Assembly: GCF_009834535.1 (NCBI RefSeq)
Contig: NC_045696.1
Location: 45,510,001 to 45,574,000, forward strand
Direction of reading: 5' to 3'
Origin: Camelus ferus
Taxonomy: Eukaryota
Length of the DNA: 64,000 nucleotides
Shown: piece after piece, positions 27,395-40,642 of the stretch
Position numbering within the stretch: the first letter of the stretch is position 1
Layout: each line of letters starts with the position of its first letter
The notes under the pieces: model-generated
Databases searched by the model: none
Told to the model about the DNA's origin: nothing
What the model saw: the letters and a program-made list of their open reading frames with translations, nothing else
Program-made: the position numbers and the translations under genes

Positions 27395-27500
27395 ATTTCC
27401 TAAGCATCACCTGGGAGTACTTATAAAATGCGGATTCCTTGGCCCACTTGCCATAATCAGAATCTATCAGATTACAGCCCAGGTATACACTCCATTGTCA
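27395..27500. mobile_element. MER5A-like fragment
   Basis: ATCACCTGGGAGTACTTATAAAATGCGGATTCCTTGGCCCAC...AATCAGAATCT. Confidence 0.65.
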
Positions 27501-27984
27501 AGAATTGGAAACCAGCAGAAAAGAGAATAAAAGGAATTTCTAAAACTCTCTTCTTTCTTTGCACTCTTTCTTTGTCAGTCTGAATCCAACACCCTCCCCT
27601 CTAGTTCACAGAGCTGAAAATGTTGTTCAGCTTGATGTAATAATGATAACTATAATCATACAAATTACATATTCTACTCTGTGTGGTGCTGCACAGAGAA
27701 TTGATGGCTTTGTGCAGGGCAGTCATGTATCAAAGCTGCAGGACCTGTGTAGAATTCAGGAAATGCCACTGCTCTTCTTCGCTTTATGTTCCCCGTAACC
27801 TTGCAGTCTCTCTCAGTTGCTGTACCAGAGAGCAGGTAATCCATCAAAAGAGAAACATCATAAACTACCCTTCTGCCCTCCAAAGTACCTTTTTTTCCTG
27901 CACCTTCTGATTTCAAAATTGAAGTTGGAAGGAGTTTTGAGATAGTGTGGAATGCTTGGGGATCTTAGAAGCCTGTCCCTAAGC

Positions 27985-28297
27985 CTTTTCTTTTTCTTTT
28001 TTTTCCTTCTTTTTCTTTCTTTCTCTCCTTCCTTCCTTTCTTTCCATTTATTTATTGAGAAGTATACTTGATTTACAATGCTGTGCTAGTTCCTGATGTA
28101 CAGCAAAGTGATTAAGTTATTTATATATCTTTTTCAGATTCTTTTTTATTACAGGTTATTATAAGATACTGAATATAGTTCCCTGTGCTATACATTGGGA
28201 CTTTGGTGTTTATTCTATATAAAGTAGTGTGTATCTGTTAATCCCAAGCTCCTAATTAATCCTTCCCATCTCCCTTTACCATTTGGTAACAATAAAT
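27985..28297 (-). mobile_element. LINE-1 3' UTR fragment (cetartiodactyl-type) with pyrimidine-rich tail
   Basis: GTACAGCAAAGTGATT...ACAGGTTATTATAAGATACTGAATATAGTTCCCTGTGCTATACA resembles the reverse complement of the 3' UTR at 46580-46620. A T/C-rich decayed tail lies at 27985-28055. Confidence 0.85.
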
Positions 28298-29259
28298 GAA
28301 TCTTTCTTATTAGAGAAAACTTCTCTCCTCTCAGACACTTGGCTACTCTAGACAGCTGTCACAAATTCTGTAAGAACTGCATTGTGAGAGGGAATGCTTT
28401 TCTATCAGATTTGTCCAGCAGCCTGGCTCAACTTCCAGTGCCGGAAAAGACCTGTGCTCCTCTCTGAGTGTGCCAGCACTTCTGCAGAGTTTCTTCATGT
28501 ATAGGAGTGTGTGTATGTGATCTTTTCTTCATGCTTTTGAGAGAGGAACAATAAGGACCAAAAAAGACACAGGAAAAAAAGGAGGGGGCGGGATTTGCCA
28601 TGGAGGCAAGAAAATATAATCAATATCTAGTGTCCTCAGCAGTTTGGGAGCAAGCACAATCTTCATCATTTATGCAGCTATTCCTGTCACCGCCCAGCGG
28701 CTCTCAGAGCAGGACCCACCCTGCCCAGGGCGATAGAGTTTTGTAGTTTCTGGAGGCAACAAAGAGACCCTTGTCATGCGTTTATTACGATGTAAAGCCC
28801 AGCTATATTACTGGAAGCCTTTCCATTTCTTTCACGCACACTGAACCTACTAACGGACTGTCTCATGTTCTTTGCTATTTTTAATTCAATATTCCATCAC
28901 TTTCATTTTCAAGATGTCTCAAAGAAAACTAAATTATTATGATGTGCTTGACATGCAGGCATCAAAATGGACTCATATCTTGGCATACCTTCAGTTCAGT
29001 GTTTGTGGACCAAAGATTGTTTTTACAGGTAATTTCTGAAAATGGATGAAGAGTCCCAATTCCACTGTCACTCACATAAGAATGTCAGTGACACCATTTC
29101 ATATGAAGGCAATGTGAACCAAGGAAAGTTGTAGTTTATTATGGAAACAAATGTACTAATCAGTCCTGAGAAGACACTATCTTACAGTTATTACATGTTG
29201 AATCTACACTACATGTAGCTTATACGTAAGGCATATATAGTATTTTTAAATGAACATGG

Positions 29260-29650
29260 GTATATTTTTCTCCCAATAGGAACTAATTATCACTGCTTTT
29301 GAGGCACCAAGCAACTCTCCCAAATAGCAACTCCTTTATTTCACATCCAGAGGTAGGCCATTCCTTTTTTGAGTTTTATCCCCTGTCTGTATCCCTAAGC
29401 AACAGTATTTAATTTTATGTTTATTAATTTTTTTAATGAATGAAATCATACACTTTGCCATCTACTTTGTTTATTTAATATAATTTGTGCCCATTCACTT
29501 AGATGATAGAGTTACTTTATTTTCACTGCTGAATATTATTCCATTGCACAAATATCACAATTTTTATTTATTCAATATTTACTCAGTGGACATTTAAAGT
29601 GCCTCCAGTTTTGTTTTATTTTGTTTTTCACTATTAGAAAAATTGCTTAG
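29260..29650 (-). mobile_element. Ancient L1ME-type fragment
   Basis: TTTTCACTGCTGAATATTATTCCATTG...GTGGACATTTA...TCCAGTTTT...CTATTA is an antisense L1 ORF2-end/3' UTR motif. Confidence 0.6.
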
Positions 29651-30626
29651 CTCTTGTCATCAGATACTGTTACATGTGAAACAAAGTCTAGGTTTTAATT
29701 TCCTATTAAATCCACAAAGGAAGTGACTACACTGTGCAAGATTCATTGTTTGGTTCCACCTAGGAGGTAGGTCACATGTGTCTCTTTAGCCTTGTTTATG
29801 ACTGGGGAAATTTTCATGGTATTTTGTGGGGCAGGGTTTCTTTTCTCCTTCCATTTCTGCAGTTTGGACCTTGCTTTACATTCTCTACCATCATACTCAC
29901 TTCCCACAGAATTCCCAATATACAAAAAACAGACACACACACAAACAAAAAAACAAAGAAAAGTTCACTTCACATAGGCAATGAAAAGATGCTCTGGCAA
30001 TCATAAAGAAAACAGTAAGGGAATCTTTCTGTACTGTTTCCTGCCTATTATTTCACATTGAGTATAATAAGGTATATGTTTTTACTCAAAATATGAAATT
30101 TATTGGCGAATTTCTGCTTAGCAAACTTCTGTCAGTGTAAGTTTCTCAGCACCAAGTGTCCACCTCTGATTTATTAGCTCCAGCTCCTCTCTGGGACGGT
30201 TGCTGCATCTCCATGTGGCTCATCTACTTTTCCCCTTTGGCTACTGAGCTTTACGGACCGTTTCAGGAGTTTTATTACTACAGCAAGGATGGAACATATT
30301 GCTTTATCCGTCAGCCTCTCAGTCAGACAATGCTATTACTTGACTAGTCCCTGCACTACTGACTCTCACAGATGAAGTGGTAATAGGATCTGTCTAATCT
30401 CCTCCAACCACATTTCACCAGTAAGAAATAGGAAGGAGTCCTTACACCCACTCATTTCAGATATAGTTTCCTTTACCCTGATCTTAATGGTTTTTAAAGT
30501 CTCTGGAGTTTGATTACTGGTTACTAATCCTGCCTTCTCCATTAATTATCTGTTCATTCTTAACCAAACTAGTTAACCAATGCTGCCTCAATTTACTTGT
30601 ATGGAAGGTTGGATATAAAATAATAC

Positions 30627-31048
30627 TGCATCAGTAGGTCCTTGCTGTGTAACAAATCATCTAAAAACTTAGTAGCATAATCATTTGTTATTTCACATGG
30701 CTCTATGGGTTATCTGGGCTGATCTGATGTTCTGGGCTGGACTTGAGTGATCTCAGCATGACTTATTCAGGCAGGTGCTCTCAGCTGGTAGGTTAGTTGA
30801 GGATTGGCTGGTCTAGGATAGCTTTAGTTGGGTTATTCAGCTCTGTTGTACATGGTCTCTTAACCTGGATTAGTCCTCATATCAATGGCAGGGCTTTAAG
30901 ATTGTGAAGACTAGGCTCAGAATTAGCTAGTGTTACTCTGCTAAAGAAATTCACAGGATTATCCCAGAGTCAAAATGGAGGGAAACTACAAAGTTACAGC
31001 ACAAAGAGAGGCTATTACTTGGGGCCATTAATACAATAATTTCACCTG
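30627..31048 (-). mobile_element. MaLR solo LTR, MLT1H-like, nested in a MIR
   Basis: TTGCTGTGTAACAAATCATCTAAAAACTTAGT...GCTGGTCTAGGAT...CTAGGCTCAGAA...TTGGGGCCATT. MIR-like halves lie at about 30510-30626 and 31050-31130. Confidence 0.75.
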
Positions 31049-31309
31049 AGAACAACAACCTCTAAGCAATGATGTGAGAATTAATCCACGTAAAAGTCTT
31101 GGTATAGTGTCGGGTACATAATAAAAAGTGGTCAGGAACCAGAGTTACCACCCTAATATCTAGGACTGTAATATGCTATCTTCTTGTCCAAAATATGTTT
31201 ATTAAACAGAAAGGCAATGACTGCTTTATTCTGTTCCTGGAATCTAAGAAAAAATTTCCTAAAGCAACTATCACTGAAAAAAAATGAAGGCTCCATTCCC
31301 AAGATGCTC

Positions 31310-31535
31310 TACATCAGTGAACACTTTCTGTAAAAGGAAGGACAGTGAATAGTTTAAACTCTGAGGGCCGTAAGTCTCTGCCACAGCTACTCAACTCTGC
31401 CGTTGTAATGAGAAAGCAGCCACAGATGATAATGTCACAAAATGGGCACAGCAATGTTCCAACAAAACTTTATTTACAAAAGCAGGTGGTATATCAGATT
31501 TTGTCCACAGGACAAATAGTTTTCTGTTTCCAGAT
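31310..31535 (+). mobile_element. MER58A-like hAT-Charlie MITE
   Basis: CTTTCTGTAAAAGG...GTCTCTGCCACAGCTACTCAACTCTGCCGTTGTA..GAAAGCAGCCACAGA...TGTTCCAACAAAACTTTATTTACAAAAGCAGGTGG. Confidence 0.88.
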
Positions 31536-32624
31536 ATAAATGACCCAATGACCTAGCATGTGAAAGCCTGGGAAGCTTATAAGACTTAACCGTTTAGTAT
31601 GATTTATTCCTAGGCTCACTAGTCTTCTGTTTTTTTCCTGACGTTTTCAGTATGCTGTCAAAATGAGAATTATTATGAGGCATATACCTCCAAATATCAA
31701 GCAATCAATAGACAAAGCCTGTTATGCCAAAATATGGATGTATGGGTAGTTGAGATAGTGTACGAAGTTTTCATTGTTTAGGAAAGCCAAATAGCAAAAT
31801 GTTTTCAAAGTATTTGCCTTCAAAAAGCTCTTAAATAATGTAGCTTATTTAGATGATTGATAAAGGTATCCTGCCCTTACATTCAAAGCATGACATTATA
31901 AATCACATCTTTTCATTTGTAAGGAGTAAATGATATTCATATTTTGATGTGATTTATTATTTTGAAGTTGAACACAATGTGACTTTATAAGTGTGAAGTT
32001 GTATTAGAATGTGTTATTAAAGTTACAAAAGTTCAGTAATGCTATTATTTTGTTCTTAAAAAACAGCAGCAATTTTTTTGGATGCTCTAAATTAATATTG
32101 ACTTTAAAGCTGGGATAACATAGGCTATCATAAGACACATATTGATGGAGCCATCTAGTAACAAGTTTTCCATTTTACTAAGAAGCATTCTTCGGGGCAA
32201 AGAATTGGTTTTACTGCCTAGTCTTTCCTCATGGTAAGTTTTGGGTGTAGATTTAAAGAGGGAAAAATCACTCAAGGGATATTGAAATCTACAAACGTGT
32301 TTGGAGAAAGTAAAAAAATCAATAATCTCATTACAACCATTTTTATACATTTCCATGGTAATTACTAGTCCTATTGTTCTCTTACAAAATCAAGTCCTAT
32401 TGGTTCACTAATATTTGCATTCAATCTCTGAATATCAATTGCTTGGCAGTGCTTACTCAGTTTCTCTAATCACATTTATCACAAATCGAGTGTATTCTTG
32501 GTTCTCTTGGTATCTGTAGCCTATGGTCTTAGAATTAAAATTTTTTATTACTATTTATTTGTTTATTTTTAATTTTCACCATGTCAACTACACAAATGAT
32601 CTTAGATGATTTACAAATTTATTG

Positions 32625-32787
32625 GTTTTCATTTTTAATTTTTTAAAAGTTGAGATAGAATTAACATAGCATATTGTGTAATTAAGATGTACATGTTGAT
32701 TTGATACATTTACATATTGCAATATGATTACCACTATAGCATTAGTTAACACCTCTATCATATTATGTTATTATCATTTCTTTTTCT
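32625..32787 (-). mobile_element. Short L1MA-type 3' end fragment
   Basis: T-rich tail followed by TTGATTTGATACATTTACATATTGCAATATGATTACCACTATAGCATTAGTTAACACCTCTATCA, typical of L1MA9-like 3' UTRs. Confidence 0.7.
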
Positions 32788-34334
32788 ATTGCTTTAAAAA
32801 CAAACCCTTATTAAATATCATGACACTCAGGCCATTGTACTTGTAAAATTAAATGAGGGCAGTAGACAGAAAGAGAAAGAATTCTTCCAAGAACTTAGAT
32901 GCAATAATTACTATATTTGAACACTCAATTTTATTTTGAACATGGGGGAATCAAAGTAAAAATGAAACCACATGGGTTTACATGTTTCTCACTGTAAGAT
33001 AAACAGAAATGCCAAGTTCTACAGAATAAAAATGTTTTCTTAGAAACTTCCATACTAAGGAAAATTTAACATATTTTTTCAGCAGAAGAACATGTATCCA
33101 TCTTTTAACTGTTTCTTGTAAGTCTTACTAAAAGCCAAGAAAAATTGTAAGAACAATGGACTGTGAGCTTAGCTAAGAAAGTCTAGATATATCTTCTGGT
33201 TATCTAAAATGATACAGGAATAGGACTTGGAAAATAAAACAAGAGAAATGAATGGGTAATAGTCCTTAAAGTATTTATCTAATATCTTATACTTAATTTA
33301 ATTTCTATATATTATTGATGAGCACTTTGCCAAATGTGGATAAATCATTATCATTGTATGATTATGACAGTCTTCCCTACAACAGAAATCCAGAATTGTC
33401 TGCTTATAACACAGTGACTTAAAACTATTAAATTTAAATCCATTAAATATTTTTAGGGTTTTTTTTTTTTGTACAATGTCAGGCTCTCTTGAAAAAAAAA
33501 AACAACCCACTATGTAAATCTTGTCAGCTAGTGTATCTTCTGTGTTGGAGGGACTGTTTTCTCAATAAATTGGGGAACATTTTTATCCTAAATGAATCCT
33601 TCAATTTTATTTAAGGAGTTCCAATCCATGATAATATATATCGTACCTATCACATAATTTTTTTAGTTATCTGGTATGATTCTAATTAAAATAAGTTCCT
33701 TTGCACAAAACAATAAGAATTTCCATTAAAGTAGACAGCTAATATAGCAGATTCTAACCACTTTATAAAGATTCTGAGATTCTGCTTGTCTTTGCTTGTG
33801 TCCTTCAGAAGAACCAGCCCTTTGGCTGGCCAATGGCACACGAAGATCCAGTTGTCAACAAATTTTACAGATCATGCTGGTTGCTGCTTTATTCCCAAGG
33901 AAAGAGTCAACAACTCTCACACTTAACAGGTGTCACTGTGCAGTTGAGCTTGACAAAGTCTCAGGAAATGTACTCAAAAGGCAGTTGAACTGGACTTTCC
34001 TATTGTATCCTTAGTCAGAGAGGCCATCAGATCATCCTCAGCAGGACAATGGTGTTATCCTCAGAGGGTGCTGCGTCAGCATCCCCTGCCCCTACAATTC
34101 ATTGTATAATTTTTAGTGCCTTATGTCATGCAAGTGGACATAACAGAGCTACTGTTAATTTAACCTACTCCTATAAAATTGTTCTCCTGCTTGCTAGTAG
34201 GTTTCTTCTATTTTGTATTTTCTTGTCATTTTTTTCATAGTTTATTGTGTTAAATGAAGCAAGCTCAGCCGAATTAGAGTGAAGGACTTATTCCTTCAGC
34301 CTTCACTTATCCTTCCTGTTCACTCAGATCAGCA

Positions 34335-34760
34335 GCTGATACTGACTGAGCACTCCGGAGGGGGCACCCCTGTGTTGTAAGCGCTTTACATACACTAACT
34401 GATTGAATCAGAACATCAGTCCTAGGGGGTGAGTCCTATTACACTCAACTTTCCGCAGATAAGGAAGAAGAAGTCAAGCAGTCAGTTCAATGTGACACGG
34501 CTCATAGGTGCAAGAGCCAGAATTCTAACCGTGGCGGCCTAATCTCAGAGCCTGCTCTGAAACCGCCACTGATCTGCCTCTCAGTCATTCTAGAACCAGG
34601 TCGAATACCTACTGACATGCTTCAAGTTGTGTGATTTCAGTCAAGTTACATGGACTAATTAAGCCTCTGTTTCCTCATCTATAAAAAGATGCCTTATATC
34701 CTCATCAAAGAGTTATCTACAGGCATTAGATGGACACATAAACATAACAGCCATTTGTAA
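34335..34760. mobile_element. Two adjacent MIR fragments in opposite orientation
   Basis: The minus copy at about 34335-34575 has CTGAGCACT...AAGCGCTTTACAT...CAGATAAGGAA...GAGCCAGAATTC. The plus copy at about 34600-34760 has CAAGTTAC...AGCCTCTGTTTCCTCATCTATAAAA. Confidence 0.65.
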
Positions 34761-34938
34761 AATTAGAGCATAACTATGCTGTAAGGGAATAGGTAAGGAA
34801 AATAAATTATTTTTTTCAAGTGTTGTAATGGATAAAGATCAAAGTCTGGCTCTTTACTCATGAAATGAGGGGAGAAATAACAGAAGAAAAGATGAATATT
34901 TACTAAATGCCTTTTCTGTGTATGAAATAATAGGCTCA

Positions 34939-35560
34939 GGAATCCCACTCCTGGGCTTATACCCAGAAGGAACCCTACTTCAGGATGACACCTGCACCCC
35001 AGTGCTCATAGCACCACTATTTACAATAGCCAAGTCATGGAAACAGCCTAAATGTCCATCAACAGATGAGTGGTTAAAGAAGAGGTGGTATATTTATGCA
35101 ATGGAATACTACTCAGTCATAAAAACCGACAACATAACACCACTTGCTGCAACATGGATGCTCCTGGAGAATGTCATTCTAAGTGAAGTAAGCCAGAAAG
35201 TGGAAGACAAATACCATATGAGATCGCTCATATGTGGAATCTAAAAAGAAAAAGAAAACAAAAAGCAAAAATACAAAACAGAAACAGACTCATAGACATA
35301 GAATACAAACTTGTGGTTGCCAAGGGGGCGGAGGGTGGGAAGGGATAGACTGGGATTTCAAAATTGTAGAGTAGATAAACAAGATTATACTGTACAGCAC
35401 AGGGAAATATACACAAGATCTTATGGTAGCTCACAGAGAAAAAAAGGTGACAATGAATATATATATGTTCATGTATAACTGAAAAATTGTGCTCTACACT
35501 GGAATTTGACACAACATTGTAAAATGATTATAAATCAATAAAAAATGTTAAAAAAAAAAA
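34939..35560 (+). mobile_element. Young 5'-truncated LINE-1 (ORF2 C-terminus, 3' UTR, poly-A)
   Basis: Open frame IPLLGLYP...CTPVLIAPLFTIAKSWKQPKCPSTDEWLKKRWYIYAMEYYS...AATWMLLENVILSEVSQ...KYHMRSLICGI* is the L1 ORF2p C-terminus. It is followed by AATAAA and an A-tail. Perfect 15-bp TSD GAAATAATAGGCTCA at 34924-34938 and 35561-35575. Confidence 0.96.
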
Positions 35561-37934
35561 GAAATAATAGGCTCAAAGGTGACAAAGTGAAAAGATGACC
35601 TGCTAAAATTAATCAATCAGTGATTTCACTCAGAAGTTTCTTGAAAAACAATGCATAGTTGAGATCTGACCAGTTATGCATATGTCAGTATGTAAAAGTA
35701 CCGGCTAATATTGCAGTGAAATATGAAAAATTCAAATACACTCTCTTGGGAAAGCTGGTAGAAGTGGACTGCTGAACACCTGGAGTCAGATGTCATTATG
35801 CTTGGAGAGCTTTACAGAGTAGACAGGGCTTTTAGCAGAGGAGTAAGATTAGGTAAGAAAAGGGAGAGAGAGCATTTGTTCATAAGAAATGACAGGTGAG
35901 TTGATTTAGAAATTTGAATGTGTGAAACTTGTTGACAAACAAGCCATCCTGGCTGACATGGACGATGACATCAGCGGGAGATGAGAGTTAAATGGAGAAA
36001 TGGAGAGTATTCTCCAGAGAATTTTTAAATCTTAGATTTTATGTAATAGAATATTAGGCTATATTCAAATAGGTTAAGATCTTCTTTAAAATATCATTTT
36101 AAAGAAAGGCTATTAAATTAACAGGGAAAAAATGAACAAAACTTTACTGTGCAGTTTTGTCTTTAAGAAGAGATGAAACTGCTCAAATTATAGTTTATAA
36201 CTTGGTCATGAAAGTAGACTCTTCTTACTGGAAAACAAAAATACCAAAGTATAGACCCTGACTTTGGTCAAATGGAAAAAAGAGATGTGAAGTGACATAT
36301 TTTGAACTACTTCTATTTTTAATCTGCATGTGAAAGTTCAAAAGTAAGATGGGGAATTGACATCCTTAAAACTAATGGTGACATTTTCTTTGAGAATAGT
36401 TGTTAAAAATTGAGCACCTGAGTTATCTCTAAACAATATTATTTAAAATAGCTTGCAACAGAAAACAAAATAAGTATTTCATAATGATTAATAAGGATAA
36501 TTCCTACATTTCTATAGTATTTGTTACTTCAAATCATTTCCCTAGATATTATTCAAGATCATTTCTTATCTATAAATCTGGAATCTTATTTCTATCTATA
36601 CTCTCTTATCTCTATGTAATTTTATAGATCTTATAAAATATTTTATTGTTCCCATTCTAAAGAAGAGACGACTGAGGCTTAATGGAACAAGTGATTTATT
36701 TGCAGAAAAACAGTTTATGGAGGAGCACAGTTCTAGTACTGTGACTTCAGGCCCTAGTACTCTGACCTCAGAATCCCAGAGCACTACAACTGTTTTTCAG
36801 TCAGTACCTACGTTTGCTGAATTTATGAATTTTATGAATCCTTTGAGGCCCTTCCATGTCTCAATTCCTGGAAGCAAAGTAAATCATTACATAAATAAAT
36901 GTTAACTTTAAAGTAGAAACAATATTAAATTTAAAATAAGTAGTGAGTGACATTGATTGATTTTAAATATGAATATCATAGCTTATACTTAGATGTTTTT
37001 ATCATTTGTTAAAACCTTTTCCTCCTATTTACTTAATTTTTATATTATTGAATTGTTTGTAAAATAATAATGCTAGAGTTCAAGAGAGAAAAACGAATTT
37101 CCTCTCTCCCACCAATAACTTATAAGAAAGGGAAATATAGATCACCCTCTGACAGTTAAGTTAGAAAAATCAATGAACCTGACTGCATAAGTTGGTTTAA
37201 AATGGTTTCTGGCTAATAGCCTTATAAATTTCCAAAAAATTATCTGAGATCCAGAAAAAGATTCACAAAATCTAAATATTAAGATGATCATACAATGTAT
37301 TACTGGTATGTTAAGAGGGATTTCTAGTAAATTTAAGTTAGGAGGGGCTAGATGAAGGGTGGGAAGTGGTTTTCCTTCCAAGTTTTCTCCATGAGACATG
37401 ACGCCCTCCCATGGAAGGAACATGAGGACACACAGCAGGCTTCTTACTAATGTGCAGCTCTTGCCCAGGGAGCCAGGGTCTACTCCAATGGAAAACTGCA
37501 CAAGCAGTTACTGCCAAAGGCAATGAGTGCAATTTTTCATACACTCTCCTACACAGCATGTTAAGAGGAATAGCTAGTAGGATAAGGAAAAGTCCCACTA
37601 CGAACATGAGGCTTGCTAGCGACATACCTGCTACATACGCAGGTTCAGTCAGGAAACATGCGCACTAACTTCTTCTCAAGCTATCTACCGGAGAAGGGGT
37701 TTTAACCAGTACTCAAATATCCATCTGCAAAATGTGCTTAGTTTGAATACACTTCTCCTTAATAGAGAAAAGAAAAAGTCAATATTTAAAACCCCACCAA
37801 TGATTAAAATAGAAGCTCTGAAGGAAAACTGCACCTTGGAAGACAGGATAGGTTATTCCCTCAGCTCCAAAACCAAGCAACCAACCAATCAACAATTTAC
37901 TAACATGAATGATTTCCTGATATGGCTCCTCCAC

Positions 37935-38075
37935 TCCTACTCTGAAAACTTGGGCAAATAACTTACTATTCTATGCCTCAGTTTTCTCATCTGTAAAATG
38001 GGGATAATTATTCTACCTCAAGCATTTGCTCTTAGGACTGAAGATGCCAATACACATACAGCATGTAAAACCATC
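37935..38075 (+). mobile_element. MIR core fragment
   Basis: CTTGGGCAAATAACTTA...TGCCTCAGTTTTCTCATCTGTAAAATGGGGATAAT is the MIR core. Confidence 0.8.
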
Positions 38076-40582
38076 ATAAACCCTCAATGCTTTCTTCTCC
38101 TGCTCCACTGTCCCTTCCCTCACCCCTTTCGTCTCATGAGACAACACATTAGAAAGCTTACGATTACCTAATGTGATACTAACAGATATAGTCACTCTAA
38201 AAGAGAAGCATGAATCTATAACATAAGAAGCTGTGATACAAAGATAACAATAACATGCAAAGAGAAGTTAAATGAAATTAGAGTTAGATAAATAAAAGTT
38301 GAAAAAAAATTTAAAATGTCTTGGCAGAATTAAAATAATCGAACAAAATAGTAAACTGAAAAACTGGTACTGTGAGAACCGAATCAGATATTAATTTAAC
38401 ATCAGTTCAATATATATGTGTTGAATATGTACTCTGGGCCTAGCCTTGTACCAAAATCTTGGAATAAACTGGGGAAAATGGAGAATAAGAGACACACTTT
38501 CTGTCTTCAGGGCAATTCTCTCTCCCACACCCATCTCTTTCTATCCTTGCCAGAAATTTTCAGTTACATGAAACCATCCATACATCCTCTTTCTGCTTAA
38601 GCCAGTGCTGATTTTTTTTAACCACTGGCAACTGAAAGAATGATAGTGCAACACCATGGTTAGTCATGCATTTTCAAGACCATCAAGTTTGAACAAACAT
38701 CATTAGCAGAACAAATGAAAGGTCTGATGTAAATATAAATATCCCAGTTTAAAAAGCCACATGGGGAAAAATGCAAACATTTCATAGATTATAAATATAC
38801 AGTAAGATATTGAGTTAATACTTTTATGATCTTTAAGGGTAATTCAAAATTGCTATTTATTTCCTGTCCACCAGTCATTCATTTATTTAAGAGAAACACT
38901 GTAAATTTTCTTCATACTCTGAGAAAGAAGGCTTCAGATGGAACCAATTTATCAAGATTTATTTATCCCAAAGTACACGCATCCTGTGGAGTCTGATGGG
39001 CTCATTCCCCAGCAAGCTGCATTTCTCCACTTCCTAGCAAGCTGGGTTTCCCCATGGGAAATGCTCTAGAACACGCACTTATCCCTGCCCCCAGAACAGT
39101 CTGAACATGGCCAGACTGTGATATTTTGAGGGCCAAGAGTATAGGTTGGCAGAACAGGCTATGTACAATCAATTGGTAGAAATGATTTCAAAGGGGCAAT
39201 GAGGCTTCAAGTTTAAAGAGAAAAATAAGTTGATGACATCCAGAAGCAGAGGCAGCAAAACTCCGTGAAAAGCACATGAAAAGTGCTGGGGAGAACGTCT
39301 TATTAAAATCTCTCTCCTAAATCCTGAAGTTTTGCATTAATGATGTATTATTCTGATCCTGTTTAAGAGTTCTGATAAAAAGCAAATACTCTGGGGAGAC
39401 AAGACGTTCAATTTAGTATAGCGAAGACTGGTAGGTACACCAGACAATTCTCTAGGCTCTGGGGATTGGATCTGATGGGAACAGGAGCCTGAGGGAGACG
39501 GGTGTGGTCCAGCAGACAGGTTAATCCACCTCAGCCATTGTTTAGTTTACACTGACCAGGGCACGGGATCAAGACCAAGAGAAATGGAACGAATACAGAT
39601 AAAGGGCCTGGGAGGAAGGGGGAAGGTCACTTAGAGCAAGGGAAAGCAACCCAGCAACAACTTGGTTTTGCTGAGTGTCGGTCTTACATTGTAAAAGTGA
39701 TTTTTCAAAGTACTAGCACTTTTTTCCCCTGATACACTGAGGGAAGTTTCCAACACAGGTTTTTCCTGACGGTGATTCTGGCTAAGTAAGGGGAGCCGTC
39801 CCTGCCCACTTTGCCTCCCATATTGCTCAATTTTCCTTTCATGCAGCCTGCAAACATTTGCTAGACACTGCTATAGGCAAATCAAAACACGCAGGCTTTA
39901 TAAACAAAGGATACAGAGTCAGAAAACAATTTTCATGCCAAATGGCAAAATATGGTTGAAAAACTTCCTTTGTGGACACATGGCTTGAATAAAATGATTC
40001 CTCTGGAGAAACTATGAGGTAAATTCAGCCTCTTCATTCACTACAAAACTGTTTATTCTACACTGAAACCATTTCTGCCATTTATTCATTATTATAGATC
40101 TAATCTAGGTTAAAAGTTCAAAAAGAGTTTTAGTATCTCTTCTATCAGTCTTAAGCATTTTTAAAAAGTAAAACTATTTTATCAGTGATAGTTATCAATT
40201 CCATTTTCCAGGCTGCACAAGAGTTCCTAATCCTGAGATTTTAATAGATGAAGAGACACTAATACTTATTGACTGCTTACTGAGCCAGATATCATGCTGG
40301 GAGCTTTTATAGATTACTTCACAATGTGCCTTATGTTTTCCTATCTTTGAAATATTTCTCTGATAATAGCATAAACAGAATGTGATATAGTCCATGAATG
40401 TGTCATTAGGTCTCACTTTTCTTGTCCAACATGGAATCAGGAAAGAAACCTTTGAGGGTACCATTCTTGTACCTTACTACTAAGTAATACTTCTTAAGAA
40501 ATCCTTCTTAATGTACCAGTCCTATAAAATGTTCTTAAAGTTATATTTTAAGATTTTATTATTATTTTAATATAATATGTAT

Positions 40583-40642
40583 TATCTGTCTGTCTATGTG
40601 TCTGTCTGTCTATCTATCTATCTATCTATCCCTCTATCCATC
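40583..40642. repeat. Compound (TCTG)n(TCTA)n tetranucleotide repeat
   Basis: TATCTGTCTGTCTATGTGTCTGTCTGTCTATCTATCTATCTATCTATC read directly. Confidence 0.9.

Noticed and set aside
34918..35244. 108-aa ORF as a protein-coding gene
   Set aside because: It is the L1 ORF2 C-terminus with a fortuitous GTG start in flanking DNA.
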